Translations under genes and position numbers: made by a program
Shown: piece by piece, positions 59,004-64,000 of the stretch
How the letters are laid out: each line of letters begins with the position of its first letter
Numbering within the stretch: the first letter of the stretch is position 1
NCBI GenBank assembly: GCA_964619885.1
Contig: CAZUGA010000017.1
Span: forward strand, 19,714-83,713
DNA from: an uncultured Methylococcaceae bacterium
GTDB taxonomy: Bacteria > Pseudomonadota > Gammaproteobacteria > Methylococcales > UBA1147
Length of the DNA: 64,000 nt
Direction of reading: 5' to 3'
The notes under the pieces: generated by a model
Seen by the model: only the letters and a program-made list of their open reading frames with translations
Told to the model about the DNA's origin: nothing
The model's database searches: none

Positions 59004-59632
59004 AAGCTGTCCGTATTTCATTTACAACACTCCTTCTCATCGCTATGAGATTAGTGTGTTGCATCGATCGGTTGAATCCACACTCTAGAATGACCTATTT
59101 TTCCGATAATTCTCGTTAAATACTTCAAATATTCGCCTCTAATCATCGATAAAGTACCCTAATTCTGGCTCGTTTTTGGGTCAAAAATGTTAACCGGACA
59201 GCTTCTTAATATTGAATAACCGGCCCTGTGATTTGGCAGCAAACCGATGCTTATCGGCCGTTTTTAAAAAATGGTCATTTTTTAAGCAGTTGTTACAGAC
59301 ATAATTATTGGCAAAATATCGTCTTGTTTATTGGGTTATTCAATATCCCATTTGTTCCCCTGATTCACCACTTTTCCAGGTATCCATTCAAACTCGTTAA
59401 GTTAGCCCCATAAGATTGCCAGCTTATTTATTCGGAATATTGTTGTATCCCTGTCTTCACCCAAAATCCAGCTATACTTTTTTCCAGAGTACATCGAATA
59501 TATAGATTAAATGGTTGGGGGTATTGCCTAGTGTTTATGACAAAGTGTATAAGATTTGGGCTAATTTGTTTGTCTTCGGTGTTTTTCCAATTAACTGATT
59601 TGATGCGATCTTAGGCGATCATTCTTTCATCT

Positions 59633-60235
59633 ATGTTGTTCATGCATGGTGATGCATACCTTGGGAAGGTCTTTTGGCATAGATGGCCCTGGGTTTTTTT
59701 ATACTGCTGTGCCACTGTCGTACAGTTAGGATTGATTTTCCCATTCTCACTTCATGCAGAAGAGAATTCCGTAGAGTATAAAATCAAAGCCGGATACTTA
59801 TATAACTTTAGCAAATTTATCGAATGGCCAATTGGAGAAAGTCCAAAGAATGGTCAATCCCTAAATATCTGTCTGTTGGGTAACGACCACTTTGGGAATG
59901 TACTCGACCCTATTCGAACAAAAAAATCCAAAGGGCGCCCCATTCAGTTGTTTCGATATGAGCAAATGGCTGCCGAGGTTCGTCAATGCAAAATATTATT
60001 CATTGCAGACTCCGAAATTGATAGGGTTGAAACGATCATTGGCGATCTGTCGGGGACAAGTCTTTTGACGGTGGGTGATACCGAGAAATTTGCCGCTATT
60101 GGGGGGATGGTCGGATTTGTAGTCAAGAACGGCAGGGTTCGATTGCAGATTAATCGACTAGCCGTCGAGAATGCTGGATTGAACATTAGCGCCAAACTGT
60201 TGGAAGTTGCGCAGATTGTGGAGACGCAACGATGA
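59633..60235 (+). CDS. yfiR: YfiR family (DUF4154) periplasmic regulator
   Basis: Signal peptide plus the YKIKAGYLYNFSKFIEWP core of YfiR/TpbA-type repressors of diguanylate cyclases. Confidence 0.65.
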   Translation: MLFMHGDAYLGKVFWHRWPWVFLYCCATVVQLGLIFPFSLHAEENSVEYKIKAGYLYNFSKFIEWPIGESPKNGQSLNICLLGNDHFGNVLDPIRTKKSKGRPIQLFRYEQMAAEVRQCKILFIADSEIDRVETIIGDLSGTSLLTVGDTEKFAAIGGMVGFVVKNGRVRLQINRLAVENAGLNISAKLLEVAQIVETQR

Positions 60236-62655
60236 AGCAATTTGGCGGGCATTCAATTAGACGCAAGCTTTGGATGATTGTTCTAGTTTCCAGCTCGATG
60301 GCTTTGTTGTTCGCGGGTTTCTTTCTATTTATCCTAGAATTTTACGAGCTGAGGAATACCGTTCAGGATGAAATTAAGTTAACCGCGAATTTGGTCGGAA
60401 GTCGCAGCACTGCCGCTTTGGTTTTCGAAGATAGCGATTTGGCTAATGAAAATTTGGCAAAGCTAGCCTCTAATCCTTCGATTGTTGCGGCCTGTATTTT
60501 TCACCAGGATGGTGATCTGTTTGCGAAAATTATTCGATCGCAAACTGTCGATTTTGAGTGTCCAAAGGCCCTGTTTAGTGCGGCCTCAGAGTTTGACGGC
60601 ACAGAAATATCACTGTTCGAGCCAATTGCGCTGGATAGCGAAATTATAGGATCGATATTCGTTCGCGCGGACCTCAGTGCATTATATTTGCGCAAGTTGC
60701 GGTTTCTGGGATTAGTTTGCCTAGTGTTTATCGCCGCGTTGATTATCACATTCGCCATTTCTTCCCCACTCTTACAGGTAATTTCGGGCCCGGTCAGGCG
60801 TCTGGTTGATACCGCACAGAGTATTAGTAAACACAAAGACTATTCATTGCGGGCGGAAAAAGAAGACGACGACGAACTCGGTCAGTTGGTGAACGAATTC
60901 AACGGTATGTTGGAGACCTTGGAAAAGCAGAATCAAGCGCTGGTCGCGACCAAAAACCGGTACCTAGCTTTATATAACGATAACCCGACCATGATCGTCA
61001 ATTCGGATCTCCAAGGTCGAATTGTATCGATAAACCGATTTGGCGCGGAGTTATTAGGTATACCGCACAATGAATTAGAGGGGCATTCGATATTTGACTA
61101 TACCTTTCCAGACGATGTGCGGCCGTTGCTGGGTTTGCTGGCCCTATGTGCAGAGCGGCCTGACGCTGTTCACAAGCTGGATATTCGCAATGTGCGGGGT
61201 GACGGTGAAACAATTTGGGTCCGTCAGTCGGCGCGATTAATCGTCAACGAACAACAAGACGAGAATGTGTTAATCGTTAGTGAGGACATTACCGAGACCC
61301 GTAAGCTATCTGAAAAAATTGCGTACCAAGCCAGTCATGATGCACTGACGGATCTTGTAAACAGGACGGAATTTGAGGAACACATCAAAAGAGCTGTTCA
61401 ATACGCTAGAAACAGTCAGGTCGAGCACGCTCTCTGCTATTTGGATTTGGATCAGTTCAAAGTAGTTAATGATACCTGCGGTCATATTGCCGGAGATGAA
61501 CTTCTGCGTCAGTTAGGCGCTACGTTGAAGAAAAGTATTCGCCAATATGACGTATTGGCGCGTCTCGGTGGGGATGAGTTCGGTATCTTGATGCAAAATT
61601 GCTCAATGGATAATGCGATTATGGCGCTGGAAAAAATCAGGGCGCGCGTAGGCGATTTTCAATTTGCCTGGGAAGAAAGCAGTTTCAGTGTTGGGGTCAG
61701 TATTGGCGTGACTTCGATAAACGGCACGAGTGGCAATCAAGTTGAATTGCTCAAAGAAGCGGATGCGGCGTGTTATGCGGCTAAGGACAAGGGTCGTGAC
61801 CGGGTTCATGTATTTAGGCGTGACGACGAGGAATTGGCGGTAAGGCAAGGTGAAATGCAATGGGTAGGAAGAATCCGGGCGGCTTTGGAGGAAGACCGGT
61901 TTTGTCTGTTTGGTCAGCAGATAATTACCATCGGAAATAAGAATCCGGACCAGAGTATTCATTTTGAGACGTTGATTCGCTTGAGAGAGAAAGATGGGCG
62001 ACTGGTCCCACCAGGGGCGTTTCTTCCAGCCGCAGAGCGCTATAACCTGTCTCCAAGTATCGATCGATGGGTCTTTAGTACGATTCTGGAATGGTTGTCC
62101 AGCAATCCACAATTTTTGGAACGATTGTCGGTTTGCTCGATTAATCTTTCGGGGCTTTCGTTGTCCGAAGACAGCTTTCTTGGATTCATAATTGATGAAT
62201 TTTCCAGGTGGTCGGTACCTGCTCAAAAAATCTGTTTTGAAATCACTGAAACGGCAGCGATTTCGAATTTAACCAATGCAACGAATTTTATCCAGATTTT
62301 GAAGAAGGAAAATTGTCTGTTTTCGCTGGATGATTTTGGTAGTGGTTTATCGTCGTTTGCTTACCTAAAAAATTTACCGGTTGACTTTCTAAAGATCGAT
62401 GGATTATTCGTCAAAGATATCGCCACCGACCCAGTTGATTTGGCCATGGTGCGTTCCATCAACGAAGTGGGGCACGTGATGGGTAAAAAAACTGTAGCCG
62501 AATTTGTCGAAAATCAGACAATTCTAGATATATTGAAAACCCTTGGGGTTGACTACGCGCAGGGTTATGGCATAGGTAAACCGGTTGCCTTAGACGAGTT
62601 GTTGGTATCTTTTGAGGAAAAAAATATTCTTATGGGAGAGTCCGCCAATGAGTAA
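60232..62655 (+). CDS. sensor diguanylate cyclase/phosphodiesterase (2TM periplasmic sensor - HAMP - PAS - GGDEF - EAL)
   Basis: ATGA overlap with yfiR. Contains a PAS domain, the RLGGDEFGIL GGDEF motif and the EITE EAL motif; 807 aa. Confidence 0.85.
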   Translation: MKQFGGHSIRRKLWMIVLVSSSMALLFAGFFLFILEFYELRNTVQDEIKLTANLVGSRSTAALVFEDSDLANENLAKLASNPSIVAACIFHQDGDLFAKIIRSQTVDFECPKALFSAASEFDGTEISLFEPIALDSEIIGSIFVRADLSALYLRKLRFLGLVCLVFIAALIITFAISSPLLQVISGPVRRLVDTAQSISKHKDYSLRAEKEDDDELGQLVNEFNGMLETLEKQNQALVATKNRYLALYNDNPTMIVNSDLQGRIVSINRFGAELLGIPHNELEGHSIFDYTFPDDVRPLLGLLALCAERPDAVHKLDIRNVRGDGETIWVRQSARLIVNEQQDENVLIVSEDITETRKLSEKIAYQASHDALTDLVNRTEFEEHIKRAVQYARNSQVEHALCYLDLDQFKVVNDTCGHIAGDELLRQLGATLKKSIRQYDVLARLGGDEFGILMQNCSMDNAIMALEKIRARVGDFQFAWEESSFSVGVSIGVTSINGTSGNQVELLKEADAACYAAKDKGRDRVHVFRRDDEELAVRQGEMQWVGRIRAALEEDRFCLFGQQIITIGNKNPDQSIHFETLIRLREKDGRLVPPGAFLPAAERYNLSPSIDRWVFSTILEWLSSNPQFLERLSVCSINLSGLSLSEDSFLGFIIDEFSRWSVPAQKICFEITETAAISNLTNATNFIQILKKENCLFSLDDFGSGLSSFAYLKNLPVDFLKIDGLFVKDIATDPVDLAMVRSINEVGHVMGKKTVAEFVENQTILDILKTLGVDYAQGYGIGKPVALDELLVSFEEKNILMGESANE

Positions 62656-63530
62656 GTTCACGCTAGCGAAGGTGATAGTGTATTTCTTATTGTTAGCGGT
62701 ATTTCAGATTGCCAATGCGGGTTCTGAAACAGGAGAAGGTGCCAACGAAGCAACCTTAAATGATTATGGGGCTGAGCCGAGCATGGATGATTTTTTTGAG
62801 TTGTCGCCGTCCGAACTGGCTAATATACCAATTGAAATCGCAAGCGGCAGTGCGCGACCGGCGAAAAGTGCTGCTGGTGTGACCACAGTGATTACGGCTG
62901 ATCAAATTGAAGCCATGTGAGCATAGACCCCCTCAGCAATGATTCGAATTATTCCGTTCGTGGGATTCGCAATACAACGGGGGCACTGGTTTTGGTGCTG
63001 CTTGATGGAACTAGGCTTTCGGTACCCTATTTTGGTGGCCGGACCTTCGGTTTTCGCATGCCCACGCAGAACATTCAGCGAGTTGAGGTGATTCGGGGGC
63101 CCGGTTCCGCTGTGTATGGGGCTGATGCCTTTGCCGGAGTAATTAATATAATTAGCAAGAGTGCGATGGATATCGACGGTACCACGGTTGGTGGGCGGGT
63201 TGGGAATTTCGATAGCCAAAGTGGTTGGGGTCAACACGGCGGTCATTGGGCTGGATGGGATGTGGCTGCCAGTTTACAGTACCAGCATAGCAATGGAGAT
63301 AGGGGACGGATTATTGACTCCGATTCGCAAAGTGGAATCGATAGCGTGTTAGGAACGGATGCCTCGTTGGCGCCCGGTTCGATGGATAACCGCTTCGAAT
63401 TATGGAATGCGCAATTGGGATTAAAACGAAAATATTGGGATATAAGATTTTGGGCTTCAAACCAAAACGATGCTGGGGTTAGAGCCGGCATTGGGTCAGC
63501 GTTAGATTTGAGGCGGGTGTCCATTTCTAG
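62648..63530 (+). pseudogene. TonB-dependent receptor fragment (signal peptide + plug), interrupted by stop at 62918 and truncated before the beta-barrel
   Basis: Plug motifs are present (ITADQIEAM; SVRGI; LVLLDG; VEVIRGPGSAVYG). There is an in-frame stop plus a frame change at 62918-62920, and no ~500-aa barrel follows. Confidence 0.6.
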
Positions 63531-64000
63531 GTGCCAACACGTAAGCGATAACTGTTGGTTTTTGATCGTTTGTCCGAATTATATAACGAATAAGATCTAC
63601 AGGTTTGTGTGATTTGACTCATATCTAATTTTCACTAGGCCTTATCACGTGAATAACGGTTAACAATCGATCGATCGCGTACCGTCAATCCAATTAATCT
63701 TTGATATTCAATCCTCTTTTCTTTGGGTCATGATTGGCATCCGATTTGCCTCTGTCTAAGGTCTATCCAATAAATTATTACTAAATATGGACATTAACGG
63801 CATATCACCGATTCAACTGGATTCGATGTCGTTTGTTACCTTCCGAGGAAACTATTATGCGAACCGATGAATTGATCAGCAATGGTTTTATAGGGACTTG
63901 TCCTGAGCAAGCTGGATGTTGCCAAGCTGCGTTTCCAGTGGGTCTGCCGCAGCCATCATTTTTTAAAAAAAATACAACCATCGACTGCGCATCGTGGAGA

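Overview
This is a 64-kb window that looks gammaproteobacterial, judging by DsbB, YifB/ComM, PpnN, UbiK, a YfiR-type system and a TonB2-like cluster. It is mostly core and housekeeping genes with a ~10-kb accessory stretch at about 15.2-25.1 kb.

Core content includes a TetR-regulated RND efflux operon, a CopA P-type ATPase, tandem glnK-amtB pairs, flotillin, argS, priA, an ECF sigma/anti-sigma pair, dsbB, proC-yggT, a dynamin-like GTPase, trmB, a thiS-thiG fusion, a DAHP synthase, a DUF3450-TtpC-ExbB-ExbD-TonB-TPR cluster, YfiR plus a PAS-GGDEF-EAL sensor, and a disrupted TonB-dependent receptor.

The main finding is a complete diversity-generating retroelement (DGR) at 15363-21136.
- An Avd-like accessory gene (17411-17770) overlaps a reverse transcriptase (17767-18876) that carries the DGR-type IGNLTSQ and YVDD motifs.
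- A ~120-bp template repeat (TR, ~18834-18958) sits just downstream of the RT.
- Two paralogous target genes (15363-17336 and 19394-21136) carry cognate variable repeats (VR1 ~17203-17327, VR2 ~21003-21127) at their 3' ends.
- Nearly all TR/VR mismatches fall on TR adenines, and the translated TR is an AAC/Asn-rich stretch.
- Both targets fuse an N-terminal caspase-like (peptidase C14) domain and HEAT-like repeats to a C-terminal FGE-sulfatase (C-type-lectin-fold) domain that holds the VR. Target 1 also has a predicted TM helix between the two halves.

A second accessory module at 23228-24429 holds four tandem paralogous ~85-90-aa peptides with classic double-glycine (GG) leader peptides, consistent with microcin or class II bacteriocin-like precursors. 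A sigma54-like promoter lies upstream and a strong terminator downstream. The module is flanked by an N-terminally truncated catalase pseudogene and a frameshifted IS3-family transposase remnant. A frameshifted ankyrin-repeat gene is also present.
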